Shown one piece after another: positions 1 through 11,400 of a stretch of DNA of 64,000 nt. The notes beneath the pieces are model-generated. The model was given only the letters and a program-made list of their open reading frames with translations. It searched no databases and was not told the origin of the DNA. Position numbers and translations under genes: made by a program. Every line of letters starts with the position of its first letter. Within the stretch, counting starts at the first letter, position 1. This DNA is from an uncultured Acidobacteriota bacterium (GTDB lineage Bacteria; Acidobacteriota; Terriglobia; UBA7540), in contig CAWDSK010000003.1 in NCBI GenBank assembly GCA_963804995.1, positions 1,152,001 through 1,216,000 of the forward strand, written 5' to 3'.

Positions 1-952
1 ACTTTTGAACAATCAACTCCGCTCCCAGCGTGTAGAGGTTCGGATGTTCGGCATCCCATTTCAGGGGCGAATTGACGGGAATTTCGAGCGAGGCTTCCAG
101 CCCATCAGGGGGAAAGGCCAACGAACTCGGGGTTAACGGAATGTTCTTCCCGGCGGGGTCGGTCAAATGCAGGTTCAGCTTGACGTCGTGACCGCCCCGG
201 GTCACGGCGCTTGCCATAACCATCAAGCGTGCATCTTTGAAGGACGCATCGAAGTCCGTTTCAATGTGCAAGCGCGCCACGTGAACGGCAGGAAGAACCA
301 TCAGCTCCACACCGCGCAGGATCCCCCCGATATAGTGCTTGGCATAATTGCTGGCGTAAGAAATGTCGTCGGCGCGATCGGTTACGCCGACGGTGATCCA
401 GGCGGTTTCACCGGGCGTTACGTGTTCAGTGATATCGCAATCCCACGAGGTGAAACCGCCATGGTGCTCCCTCACAAACTTCCCGTTCACCCACACCCGG
501 GCATAGCTGTAAACGCCGTCAAATCGCAGCAGAACCTTTTTGCCAGTTGTCTCGGCGGGAATCTCGACGGCGCGCTTATAGGCGCATTCGCTGTCCCTCG
601 CGAACTCGATTCCTTGCGCGGTGATTTCGCCCGGAACCGTGATGTCGATCCAGCCTTTAGGATCGACCCTATTCGCCCAGAACTCCGCAGGAGGGGAGGT
701 GGTAAATCTCCAGGTCCCTGCCAAGTCAACGATGGGTCGCGCCAGGCCCGCCACCTCACTTGGCAGCGGCACTAGCGCGGGTCTGGGCCAGATTCTGCCG
801 GCCTGCGCATCACCTTGAATGGCCAATGCCACCACATCGGTGAGCGAGGCTCTGCTGTTCAATGTTCCCAGAATCTCACCGCCATCGATTGCCCAAGCTG
901 AAGAAATGGCCGAAGTGCCCAGGGTCTTCACGAACCTTCGTCGATTCATCAT
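1..952 (-). CDS. Glycoside hydrolase family 2 (beta-galactosidase/glucuronidase-like), Tat-exported, runs off the window start
   Basis: Manual translation: MMNRRRFVKTLG (Tat), DLAGTWRF, ITVPGE, LLRFDGVYSYARVWVNG, HHGGFT, WDAEHPNLY, typical of GH2 N-terminal domains. Confidence 0.85.
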   Translation of the reverse strand, partial: MMNRRRFVKTLGTSAISSAWAIDGGEILGTLNSRASLTDVVALAIQGDAQAGRIWPRPALVPLPSEVAGLARPIVDLAGTWRFTTSPPAEFWANRVDPKGWIDITVPGEITAQGIEFARDSECAYKRAVEIPAETTGKKVLLRFDGVYSYARVWVNGKFVREHHGGFTSWDCDITEHVTPGETAWITVGVTDRADDISYASNYAKHYIGGILRGVELMVLPAVHVARLHIETDFDASFKDARLMVMASAVTRGGHDVKLNLHLTDPAGKNIPLTPSSLAFPPDGLEASLEIPVNSPLKWDAEHPNLYTLGAELIVQK

Positions 953-1266
953 CGCCAATCTCCTTCGACACAAGTGTGGCAAGAAGGTGGCAAGTGTAGC
1001 GCGGACCCGTCCTGCGGTTCTTAGTAAGGACCTTTTCACGACGGAACCGCAAGCGAAATGTCATGGGCTCAAAACGCCTGAAGATGGGGAAATTGGTGGG
1101 ACGTCGCTCGCTATGCCCCGCGGAGAGCAACTTCTGGGACAGTTCTGCCTGACAAAAGTCACGTCATTTTGTCCGATTGCCGAAGAGCATACTGGCAACC
1201 ACATTAAGTTGAACTCACTGCGCCGCTCTGACATAATGTCGCACGGCAACCCGAACAACAATTTCG

Positions 1267-2050
1267 ATGGCGGACAATCAGAAAACCTACGATGCGGTGA
1301 TTGTCGGTTCCGGCGCGAGCGGCGGCTGGGTCGCGAAGGAACTCTGCGAGCAGGGCATGACGGTGCTCATGCTCGAAGCGGGCCCGCCGCGGGTGCCCAC
1401 CCGCGACTTCACGGAGCACATCTGGCCGTACCAGGTCAAATATCGCGGCTTCAGCAATCAGCAAGCCCTCCTCAAAAATCAGCCTATTCAGCGGCTATCG
1501 CTTTGATGGCGACGGCAGCCAGGAACTTTACGCGCACGCCTTCGGCCTGGCGGGGTTTGGCTCCGACTGGCGCCGCCGGGTGCGCTCAGAAATTCCGTAC
1601 TATTTCGGAATCACCGCGCAGGGTGAGTGCCTGCCGCGCTATGACAACTACGTCACGCTCGATCCGGAGAAGAAAGACGCCTGGGGGATTCCCGCCCTGC
1701 ACATTGTCGCGAGCCACGGCGAAAACGAGCACGCCATGGCCAAAGCAATGCGCCACAACGTCATGGAAATCCTCAACGCCATGAAGGTTGAAACCCCACG
1801 CCCGCCCGGCGAGGGCTTGAAGGTTTTTGGCAAGAATATTCATGAGTGCGGTACGGCTCGCATGGGGAACGATCCAAAGAAAAGCGTGGTCAACGGCTTT
1901 TGCCAACTCCACGACGCGAAGAATGTCTTCGTGACCGATGGCGCGGTGTTTGTGACCCAGGGTTGCTACGAGCCGACGCTCACCATCATGGCGATTTCCG
2001 CGCGCGCCGGCGACTATATTGCCGATGAGTTCCGCAAGGGGAATTTGTGA
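1267..2050 (+). pseudogene. GMC family oxidoreductase with a large internal deletion and frame change
   Basis: N-terminal FAD motif YDAVIVGSGASGG...VLMLEAG is joined at ~1491-1496 to C-terminal motifs (KDAWGIP, HECGTARMG, NVFVTDG, PTLTIMA); only ~260 codons remain. Confidence 0.85.
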
Positions 2051-2104
2051 GGGGTGGGAAGGGCACGCATGGCGTGCCCCAAAGCCCTACGCACGGGCAA
2101 TCAT

Positions 2105-2180
2105 AGCCCTCTCCCTTGGGGAGAGGGTGGCGCACTGCCGGCGCTTTCACCAGCCGGAGTGCGTCGGGTGAGGGGTTACT
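2105..2180 (-). repeat. CCCCTCACCC...CCCTCTCCC-GGGAGAGGG hairpin repeat (other copies 2342-2400/4098-4112, 6763-6838, 8218-8360, 22797-22869)
   Basis: The same hairpin-bearing 70-80 bp unit recurs in intergenic regions, often as inverted pairs. Confidence 0.8.
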
Positions 2181-2403
2181 TCCGGCATGCAATTGACCAG
2201 TATCCGCTTATGGCTGACTCGTAAACGGAAGAACGCTGCATAAGATGATTACATGCGATTTCCCGGCGTAGGCTTGTTGCGGATCTCAAGCGGGTTGACA
2301 CTGCATGGTCCTGCTTCAGGCGGTGCGAAGGTCAGGAAGTACCCCCTCACCCGTCCCGCCCCGGCTGGTGAGAACGCCGGCGGCGGTCCACCCTCTCCCC
2401 TGG

Positions 2404-4097
2404 AGCTTGTGACTTTTTGGGTCACCAGTGAGGGGGGATGGGTGGGGGGAGGAGGCAGAAAATCGGGAGCGGAGGTACGGAGAGAGAAAAAAGCTGGCGG
2501 TTGGGTCGGTACTTGTATTAATATAAATGTTATGGACAACGTTTTACATTCAGATGATTTTAAATTAGGAATGGAACCGGCGGTAGGTCAGGAAGCGGAA
2601 GGAAAGGAAGAGAAGGGCGCGAAGGGGGCAGCAGAGCGGCGCGGGGCGGTGCGTTTGCGCCGGCCGGAGCGCCAGCAGATGGCCTGGGTGGCGCAATGTC
2701 CGGACGATCTGGTGGGGCCGGGGCACGGGGTGCGGCGGGTGGCGGAGCGCTTGGACTTAGCGGCGTTCCGCCTGCCGATCAAGGCGCGGGAAGGAGGGGC
2801 TGGACGGGACGCGACCGATCCCCAGCTTTTAGTGTCGCTGTGGTTATACGCCTGTGTGCGGGGCATCGGTGCGGCGCGCGAACTGGCGCGGCAGTGCCAG
2901 GAGCATGCGGCCTTTCGCTGGCTGTGCGGAGGGGTGACGGTGAACCACCGTTTGCTGTCGGACTTTCGCACCGATCACGCCGAGGCCTTGGACACCCTGT
3001 TCACGCAAGTGATCGCTGCTCTGGTGGATAAAGGAGTGGTGAAGGTCAGCCGCATCAGCCAGGACGGAATGCGGGTGCGGGTGGGGGCGGGGAAGAAGAG
3101 TTTTCGGCGGGAAAGGCGGCTGGAGGAACTGCTGGGGGAAGCGGAACGGCACGTGGCGGAGTTGAGACGGCAACTGGAGTCGCCGGAAGGAGCGGGGCTG
3201 AGCGCGCGGCAAGCGGCGGCGCGGAAGCGGGCGGCGCAGGAGCGGCAGAAACGCCTGCAGGAGGCGATTGCGCAACTGCCGGAGCTGCAACGCCGGCACA
3301 CCGCAAGGGTAAAGCGGACGGGGGGAAAACGGGGCCAGGAGATTGCGGCGCAGCCTCCGCGGGTGAGCACGACGGATGCGGAAGCGCGCATCATGAAGAT
3401 GCCCAACGGGGGCTACGACCCGGCGGTGAATGTGCAGTTGGCGGCGGACCCGGAGAGCCGCGCCATTGTGGGGGTGGAGGTGAGCGCGGAAGGTTCGGAC
3501 TCGGGAGGACTGAGCGCGCCGCTGCGGGAACAGGTGGAACAGCGCACGGGCGGGAAGGTGGAAGAGCACTTGTTGGACGGCGGGTACCTGCGCAAGGAAG
3601 ACTTGGAAGCGGCACACGCGCAGGGCGTGGCGCTGTTCATCCCGCCGCACACGGCGCAAAATCGTCAGAAGCGGGGGAAGGAACTGGAGCCCCAGAAGGG
3701 CGACAGCGAGGCCGTACGAGAGTGGAAGCAACGCATGAAAAGTGAGGAGGGAAAGAAAATCTATCAGCAGAGAGCGGCGACGAGTGAAACCGTCAACGCC
3801 GACTTGCGCACCTATCGCGGTTTGGGCCGCATCCTGGTGCGCGGGCTGGCCAAGGCACGCTGCGTGGCACTGTGGTGCGCCCTGGCTTACAACGTGATGC
3901 ACTTCGCGCCCCTGTTGCTGGGCTAACCAAGCCCTGCCCAGCCGTACCGGGCACGGGTGTAGGGCGGATTCCCCCGGTACTCCTTGCCGCGCGGCACCGC
4001 TCCACCGGCCAAGGGGAGCCCTCTCGCGCACTTCCCAAGCTGCCCACTACCTGACCCGCCCCACCGCGTAACGGTGGCTTCGAAAAAGTCACAAGCT
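2404..4097 (+). mobile_element. IS1182-family insertion sequence
   Basis: Terminal inverted repeats AGCTTGTGACTTTTT (2404-2418; 4083-4097), CCTGG direct repeat on both sides, internal transposase. Confidence 0.85.
2532..3926 (+). CDS. IS1182-family DDE transposase
   Basis: GRDATDPQLLVSLWLYA, AFRWLCGG, LSDFR, QDG, STTDAEARIMK, LDGGY, YQQRAATSETVN; start codon uncertain. Confidence 0.88.
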   Translation: MDNVLHSDDFKLGMEPAVGQEAEGKEEKGAKGAAERRGAVRLRRPERQQMAWVAQCPDDLVGPGHGVRRVAERLDLAAFRLPIKAREGGAGRDATDPQLLVSLWLYACVRGIGAARELARQCQEHAAFRWLCGGVTVNHRLLSDFRTDHAEALDTLFTQVIAALVDKGVVKVSRISQDGMRVRVGAGKKSFRRERRLEELLGEAERHVAELRRQLESPEGAGLSARQAAARKRAAQERQKRLQEAIAQLPELQRRHTARVKRTGGKRGQEIAAQPPRVSTTDAEARIMKMPNGGYDPAVNVQLAADPESRAIVGVEVSAEGSDSGGLSAPLREQVEQRTGGKVEEHLLDGGYLRKEDLEAAHAQGVALFIPPHTAQNRQKRGKELEPQKGDSEAVREWKQRMKSEEGKKIYQQRAATSETVNADLRTYRGLGRILVRGLAKARCVALWCALAYNVMHFAPLLLG

Positions 4098-4248
4098 CCT
4101 GGGGAGAGGGCTAGGTTAACTTTTATCGGCCGCCGGCCTGGTTCAAACCGGGGGCCGATTCTGACCCTGAGCCCTGGAGAAGTGTAATACCAAGAACGGG
4201 CACGCCATAGCGTGCCCCTACATCCGGCCCGTGCGGGCCGCCAGCGGC

Positions 4249-4383
4249 GTAGCGCAGACCTCCGGGGTTGAGGTCTGCGGTTCTTCGTCTGCCCGCTGAG
4301 CGAACGTAGCCACCCGTATGTTGAGGTTTTTCGAATTTCGCAGACCAAGAGCCGCGGACCCCAAAAACGGGGGACCGCGCTAC
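4249..4383. repeat. GTAG-type REP doublet (REPIN-like); related doublets at 5378-5611, 17273-17407, 21715-21777, 31243-31336, 41292-41357, 53276-53324
   Basis: GTAG plus palindrome paired with an inverted palindrome plus CTAC. Confidence 0.75.
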
Positions 4384-4403
4384 GCTGCTTGCTAATGGGG
4401 TCA

Positions 4404-5274
4404 ATGGACGACACGAAAAACAAATCCGGCGAGGGCAAGAGCGACAATGCACTCACCCGCCGCGAGTGGCTGCTGAGTCTGGGCAGCGCCGTAGTGCTGG
4501 CGGGGTATAGCGGCGCGCCGGGCGCCACCGCAGCGCAGGCGCCCGCCCCCGGCACGGGCCCGCTGCCACCAGGGCTCTATGTTCCCTCCCTCGATCATCT
4601 GACGCACGCGCTGACCAGCGACGATCCTTTTCATCCCATCCCGCCCGGCGCCGAAACCGAATACGTTCGCCCTCGCTCGGAGCCTTTCGTCCCGCAGGCG
4701 TTTGCGCACGAAGAATTCCCGGTAATTCGCAGGCTGGTGGAAATTATCCTGGGGGAAGACTTGAAGGACTCGGAAGAAAAACCCTTGCCCGGTGCGCCCG
4801 CGAGCATTTACGACGAAGTCGCCGAGTGGATTGACTTGGTCGTGGCAAGCGCGCCCACTGTACGTGCCCAAGCCCTGAATCTTCCAGCGGATCAGCGCGC
4901 AGTGGCCGCCGGCTTTTTCGGCAGCGAGGAGCCGCTGCGCGAGCTCGAAGACATTTGAGCCTGAAAAGGTCTGCCGCGATGGACTGGCGTGGCTCAGTGA
5001 AGAATCGCGGCGGCGGTTCGCGAAGAGTTTTCTGGATGCTGCCCCCGCCGAACAGGTCGAACTCGTAAGCTCGGTAAGCGACGCGCGCGCGGATAAGGGA
5101 ACGGAGAACGCCGGCACAAATTTTTACGATTTTCTTAAGGCGGAATCGATCAGAGGTTTCTACACCTCGCGCCGCGGCCTCGAAGAGCTCGATTACAAAG
5201 GGAACTCTTTTTACGCTGAGTCCCCCGGTTGCGCCCTTACGCCGCATCCCTTGACAACCCTGAACAAGCCTTAA
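4404..5274 (+). CDS. Gluconate 2-dehydrogenase subunit-3-like Tat protein (GMC partner), +1 frameshift at ~4948
   Basis: LTRREWLL Tat motif; after the shift the frame reads FEPEKVCRDGLAWL...LKAESIRGFYTSRRGLEELDYKGN. Confidence 0.7.
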
Positions 5275-5666
5275 TAACCTGAAACGATCCGCTACAACAT
5301 GCCGCAAGGGGTAGCGCAGTAATTTGATAAACATGCGCTGTAACATCATATCGGCGATCATAATGCATCTGAGGAAGAGCCGCAGAGTCTCGAAGAGCGC
5401 GAGACTCTGCGCTACCCTCGATTGGTCACGTGAGGATGAATTTGCCTAGACGGAGACAGGTGGGAAAGATGGGGTAGCGCATCAGAGTGTGGCTCTTTCA
5501 CACTCTGCGGCTCTTAGTTTGATATACATGGGATGTAACGGTGTGCTGGTGAGGGCGGGAGAACTGAAGAAGGGCCGCAGAGTCTCAAAGAGCGTGAGAC
5601 TCTACCTGCTACAGGCGGAAGGCGGTAGCTGCTGCGACCGCACTCCATGGTGCTGCACGCCGCGCC

Positions 5667-6650
5667 TCAGTGGCAGGTCCCCTGACCGGAATCGGTAAAG
5701 GTGGCGCCCGCCACCGGGATGAACTGCCACTCATAGCCTTTGGGGTGTAAGGTGAGTTTGAGGACGCCAAATGTACCGGAATTACGGACTTCGCTGTTGG
5801 GTTTGGGAGAACCGAAGCCCCGCTGGTGCCGCCCCCCTGTGCCCACCACAAACTCACGAATCCCCCGCGCCGGGTCGGGCCTGGCGTCAGGATCTTGCGG
5901 GGCGAAGCGTTCGTAGTCATGATCGTGCCCGCTGATGACGATCTCAGCGCCGGCGTTGTACAAATCCTGCCAAAAGACCTTCATCTCCGGGTCATTCCCA
6001 TGGGTCGCACCGGAACTGAACAAGGGGTGATGCCAGTAAGCCAGGGTGCACGCGGCGGGGTGTGCGGCCAAGTCCTGACGCAGCCACACCTCTTCCGGCG
6101 AGCCCGCGCCGCAACCGCCGATATCCGAGCAATCGCTGTTGAGAGATAGGATGTGCCACCCGGCCAGTTCGTAACTGTAGTAACCCTTCCCAGGTTCGCC
6201 CGCCGCCGCGCCGAAATACTTGAAGTAGGGCCCCGCGCCCTTGGTGTGATACTCGTGATTGCCGGGAGCCGGCCGGGTGCGATCCCGGAATTGACCCCAG
6301 GTTGGCGCATAGCATTGCAGGAAGTTTTCGTCGGTCCCGTCGGGGCAACCAGTATCGCCCGCCGCGAAAATCGTCCCGGGGATGTTGGCAAGCAGCGCCG
6401 CCGTGGCTTTCGCTCCCTCGAGGTCACTACAATCAGCGATGTCGCCTGCCCCTACCAAGACGTTGTCACCTTCGGGCCCCGGGAGCATGGCTGGGGTATT
6501 TGACCGCACCGCGGAAGGGGGAATGGGTTCCGCGCCGGCAGCCAGCAGAACACGCACTCCAGGCGCGACAAGGTTCGGAAGGATGGCAGCCGCCGCAACC
6601 GCCAGAAGGAGTGCAGCGCCGGCACCAGCAATCATGAGTTTTCTGTTCAC
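5667..6650 (-). CDS. Secreted calcineurin-like metallophosphoesterase
   Basis: GDIA, AGD, PGNHEY, HHP, GHDHDYER motifs; signal peptide. Confidence 0.88.
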   Translation of the reverse strand: MNRKLMIAGAGAALLLAVAAAAILPNLVAPGVRVLLAAGAEPIPPSAVRSNTPAMLPGPEGDNVLVGAGDIADCSDLEGAKATAALLANIPGTIFAAGDTGCPDGTDENFLQCYAPTWGQFRDRTRPAPGNHEYHTKGAGPYFKYFGAAAGEPGKGYYSYELAGWHILSLNSDCSDIGGCGAGSPEEVWLRQDLAAHPAACTLAYWHHPLFSSGATHGNDPEMKVFWQDLYNAGAEIVISGHDHDYERFAPQDPDARPDPARGIREFVVGTGGRHQRGFGSPKPNSEVRNSGTFGVLKLTLHPKGYEWQFIPVAGATFTDSGQGTCH

Positions 6651-6877
6651 ACTTATTCTCCTTGTGGTCGCACGAGTCAATTCCGATTCGGAATGCGAAG
6701 GGGGAGTTAAGCCCCCACCCTCCTCTAGTGTCCTGAGTCAGAAGTTCGCTGATGATTCGAGAACCCCCTCACCCGTCCCGCCCCGGCTGGTGAAAACGCC
6801 GGTTGCGGTCCACCCTCTCCCCCAGAGGGGCGAGGGCTATGAATTCATATCAACCGCCCGCGCTGCCGGCTGGATTT

Positions 6878-7933
6878 CTATTCGCCATAAACCATGACGT
6901 GAAACGATCCCGGAACGGCCGTCCTTTGTGGACGGGGATGGTCCGGTGTCGGAGCCGCAGCCGGAGCAAAATCCACGGTGTCCAGAAAGAGGTTGTGTGT
7001 CTTGGTATCGAGTCCCATGGTTTTGGCCCCGAACTCAGTCTTGACGGTTTCCACCTCGCTGAATTTGTCGGGCGAGTCTTCGTGGAATATGTGGACCATG
7101 CCTTCGCGGGTGGAAGCAAACACATTGCCGGTTCCAGGGTCATAAGCGGCGGCATCCACGCCCCCTGAGATGGGGAAAGACTGGATAACCTTGCCCGTGT
7201 CGGAATCCATCACCACGAGCATCTGCGGTTTACGGCCGGCGCTGAATAGCCGGTGATGCTTAATATCGATGGCGAGTGCCGTGGGCGCGCCGGCGGGGGC
7301 GACCGGCCAGCGCGACTTGATCGTGAGGGCGTGGGAATCAAGGGCGACGAGCTCGCTGGTGTCCTCCATATTTACATAAACGGTTCCTTTGCCATCGGCC
7401 ACGGCAAATTCCGGCCCCCCGCCCAGCTCGATGGTCCCCACCACGGCGCCGCTCTTGGCATCGATCACGGTGGAGGTGTGCGGGTGTCCATTCATGGCGA
7501 AGACGCGCTTAGAGGCAGGATCGTAAACTACGCTATCGGCGTCCTCGTCGGCTTTTGCCTCACCGATCACTTGGAGAGTCTTCAGATCAAAAATAATGAC
7601 CTTTCCCTGGCCTCCGTCCGTGATGAACCCGCGGCCGAATTCGGCGGCAATAGCAACTCCGTGGTCCTGTTTCAAGCCCGTGATGTTGGCGATGAGGTCG
7701 CCGCTATCAGCGTCGAGGACTTTAATCTCCGTGCCATGCGACACGTAAACGCGGCGCGCCGAGGAGTCGACCGTAATGTAGTCAAAATACTCCCGGGTAC
7801 TACCCTCGGCAGCACCGAAAGGATACCTCTTTAACTGATGGTAGTTGGCGGCGGCAAGTGCAAACGCAGAGACGCCGAGCAGAATTAGAATTACGCCGGT
7901 GGCGAGACGTCCGTGACCAGATGACAGCTTCAT
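6878..7933 (-). CDS. YncE-family (YVTN-like) secreted beta-propeller
   Basis: Signal peptide; FDYITVD..RRVYVSH, HGVAI, YDPASKRVF, GGPEF, GAKTMGLD repeats. Confidence 0.85.
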   Translation of the reverse strand: MKLSSGHGRLATGVILILLGVSAFALAAANYHQLKRYPFGAAEGSTREYFDYITVDSSARRVYVSHGTEIKVLDADSGDLIANITGLKQDHGVAIAAEFGRGFITDGGQGKVIIFDLKTLQVIGEAKADEDADSVVYDPASKRVFAMNGHPHTSTVIDAKSGAVVGTIELGGGPEFAVADGKGTVYVNMEDTSELVALDSHALTIKSRWPVAPAGAPTALAIDIKHHRLFSAGRKPQMLVVMDSDTGKVIQSFPISGGVDAAAYDPGTGNVFASTREGMVHIFHEDSPDKFSEVETVKTEFGAKTMGLDTKTHNLFLDTVDFAPAAAPTPDHPRPQRTAVPGSFHVMVYGE

Positions 7934-8178
7934 TGGAAGTCCTCCGATATGGGGCCGCCGTCGAGGCAGCCTAATTATTCCCTGGTGGGTCCACATTATA
8001 AGCCCATTCGGTAGCATCCACGCCCGCTTACGCGCCGACAAGGGCCGGGCAGCAACTGCGCGAATTGGTAATTTCGACATCAGGGTGCTTCTCCAATGCT
8101 TAGCGCACCCTGGTGATAAGGCCGGCGAGTACGGATCAACTCGTGTGGTGCGTCGCGAGTACTGGTAGCGCCGGCCTG

Positions 8179-8411
8179 ATGGTTTTTGAATTCCTGGAAT
8201 TCTCAAACGCCCAAGTGACCCCTCACCCGTCCCGCCTCCCGATAGAATGCATCGGGACGGCGGTCCACCCTCTCCCCTCGGAGAGGGCCAGGCACCGTAA
8301 ATCCCAGCCTTCTCCCAGGGGAGAAGGTGGCCGACGTAGGAGGTCGGATGAGGGGTTACTTCCACGCGCAGGGCGTCGGAACAATTTACAACTTATAAAT
8401 TCAAAAACCAT
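8179..8411. mobile_element. MITE-like element with ATGGTTTTTGAATT inverted ends
   Basis: Inverted ends at 8179 and 8411; same end at 13133-13164 (collapsed palindrome) and 22745. Confidence 0.6.
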
Positions 8412-8490
8412 TAGGCCGGCATGTGCTGACCTCAAGGTCCGCGCTACACGCCGGCGCGCGAGGGTGTGGTGAGCGCCCACCTCCCAACTA

Positions 8491-11400
8491 TCAGAAGTCC
8501 AGGCGCAGCATGAACTGAAGGCGCCGCGACGTACCGGTCCCGGTGGCGCCATCGTTCAATTGGCCGGTGATGACCCCAAAGGAGTCTGACGAGATACTGC
8601 CCCCCGGATCACCGTAGATCGGACGGTTAAGCAGGTTAAACGCCTCGGCTCGGAACTTCAATTTCAACTGTTCGGTAAGGGGGATTTCCTTCTGGAGCGC
8701 CGTATCGATTTCATAATACCCGGGTCCACGTGCCACATAGCGTCCCAGGTCTCCCCAGGTGAATTTGGCCGGTGCCGAGAAGGCCGCGGGATTGAACCAG
8801 TTGTTGATGTTTTGGCCGGCCGCGTAAATGGGAACGCCAGGGACCAGGTCCGGCCGCTGACCCGATGTGTTGCCATCGAGCATGGCGGACGCTTTCCGCT
8901 TCACCGTGATATTAATCGGGCGGCCGCTCATGGCCGCGGCAATTCCACTCAGTTGCCAGCCCCCCAGCACCTTTCCGGCAACGCCGCCGGTGTTTAAGAA
9001 AGGCTTGCCGTGTCCAAACGGCAGCTCGTAGACGGAGTTGAGGGAGAGGGATTGGCGAACATCAATGCTTGTGCTGCTATAGTCACATCTGAAACAAGAC
9101 ACGTTTTGAACGGAAATAGTGTCGCCCGCTCCGAACCCTTCGTCAGCCAAACCGTGCGACCACATGTACTGCGTCCCCCACAGCCATCCACTGGTGAGAT
9201 GACGTTGCAAGGATACCTGAAGCGCGTTGAAGTTGCTGTTGCCAAGGTTATTTTTATAGCCGTACTGGCCAAAGGTGGGTATGGGGCGCAGGCCCGTTAG
9301 TGGATTGATGACATTGGCGTTAATTTTGCCAAACAGCCTATGCCCCTCGCTACCGTCCCAAGCGATCTGGCCCACAAAGTTACCCGGGAGTATCCGCTCG
9401 ACCGTGAAATCCCAGTTTTCGATGTATCCGTCCCGGCGGTTCGGATCCCACGCCTTCGGCGAATATAAGGGGGCGGGCAGCAGGGCCGGAAGAACCGGCC
9501 ACGCGAGGTTTGCCACATCCGCTGACGACACATCAAACCGTTGGTCCGTACTCTCGTGCCCGTCGGTGAAGTCGTCCATCTGGTTCGGCGAAAAGTACAT
9601 CCCGAACCCAGTGCGGATGACGGTTTTCCCCGCGTCTCCCCCGGGAGCCCAGGCCAAGCCCAGCCGTGGCCCGAAATCCTTGTAGTAGGGCGAGTACAGT
9701 GGTGTGCCCATGGGGCAAAAACCTCCGCACGAAACCTTCACCACGGCCTGGCGGCCAAACGCCTCCTTCAAGACGGTGTAATGCTCGTAACGCAATCCGT
9801 AATTGAGGGTGAGATTGGGCCGTATTTTGAACGTATCCTGCACGTAGGGCATGATGTAAGTGCGCCGCTCGCCGCCCAGGGTTAACGACCCGACGAAGGA
9901 ATAGTCGTCAAGAATGTTGTTAAGGAAATTGTCCGAGCTGGCGTAGGAAAGGTCTCCGTTGGCGATACTCTCGTCCGAATTGTTCAGCCGGTGGCGCTCC
10001 ACGGCTAGCCCCACCTTAATGGTGTGCCGGCCTCTAACGATGGTCAGGTTGTCGTAGCCATCAATCGTCGTGCCGACTTCCTCATCGAGTTGGCTATCAC
10101 TGGGACTATCGAAGGGGGGCACGCTCGCGCAGCCGGTGCCGGGCAGACCATTGGCGGACATTTGTAGTGGACACGTTCCATTTTGGTAGTGGTGCAAGGC
10201 GGAACGGTTAATTCCCCCGCGGAGCTCGTTAATGATGCTCGGCGAGAAGGTGTGCGTTAACTGGACAACATAATTGGAGGGGCGGATGAGAGGGTTATCG
10301 AGGCCGCCCAGGGTGTCGAGCGGTGAGGTGGAGGTGGCGTCATCGATGTTCAGCCGGGCAAAAATGGAGGTTTTAGCATTGAAGGTGTGATCCAAACGGA
10401 ACATCCCGCCATCCTCGCGGATGTTGTCACTCTGCGGTTGAATCCATTCGTTGGTGATGGAATCGACGGGGACCGTCCCAACGGGCCACTGGGCGAGGAA
10501 GGGCTGGAGAATGGGACTGGTCACGCTTTGCCGAAACGCGGCGTTGGGTACAAACCCGATCACGGTGGTGTCCAGGCGCTGCCGGAGCCCTTCGTAATCG
10601 GCGAAGAAGAAAGTGCGGTCCTTCTGGATGGGCCCGCCCACGCTGCCGCCGAACTGGTTCATGCGGAAGGGCGGAATGCTCGAATCGAAGGGCGAGCGTG
10701 CGTCGAATACATTGTTGCGCAGGAAATCGAAGGCCGAACCGTGCAGCGTGTTCGTGCCCGTCTTCGATACGATGCTGACGATGGCCCCGGCCGACCCACC
10801 CTGATCCGCGGTATAGACCGAGGAGCTGACGCGGAACTCCGCGATCGATTCCAGCGAAATGGCCAGGCGCACACCCACCTTCTGGCTCTGCTCCTGGACG
10901 CCCGTGGCATCGACTCCATCGTAGGTGTAGTTGCTGTCGTCTATGCCTCGCCCCACGAATCGCAGGTCCCTCTGGCCGCCGGCGCCGAGGTTGACCGCGC
11001 CCGGGGCAAGCGTCATCAGGAGGGACCAGTCGCGCCCGTTAAGGGGGATGTCCTCCACTTGCCGGGATTGAACGACGGTTGAGATCTCAGCGTCGTTCGA
11101 ATCGAGCGCGGTAGCTGTACCGCGCACCTCAACCTTCGTGGTGGGCGCGCCCACCTCCAGCCGCACGTTGACGGTGCGGGTCTGGCCAACGGAGAGCTGG
11201 ATCCCCTCCATCGCGAAGGTCTTGAACCCTTGCCCAGAGACCGTAAGATCGTACAATCCCGTGGGCAGGCTGCTGATGCTGTAAACTCCGCTATTCCCCG
11301 TGGTCGTCTCCCTTTTGAAACCCGTGTCGGGCGCCACGACCTCGACTTTCGAGTTGGGAACGCTGGCTCCACTCGGATCCGTGACGGTTCCATTAAGGTT

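Noticed and set aside
167..1784. Long shadow ORFs such as 167-775, 819-1784, 2844-4031 and 20591-21703
   Set aside because: They overlap better-supported genes and lack recognisable motifs; expected in GC-rich DNA
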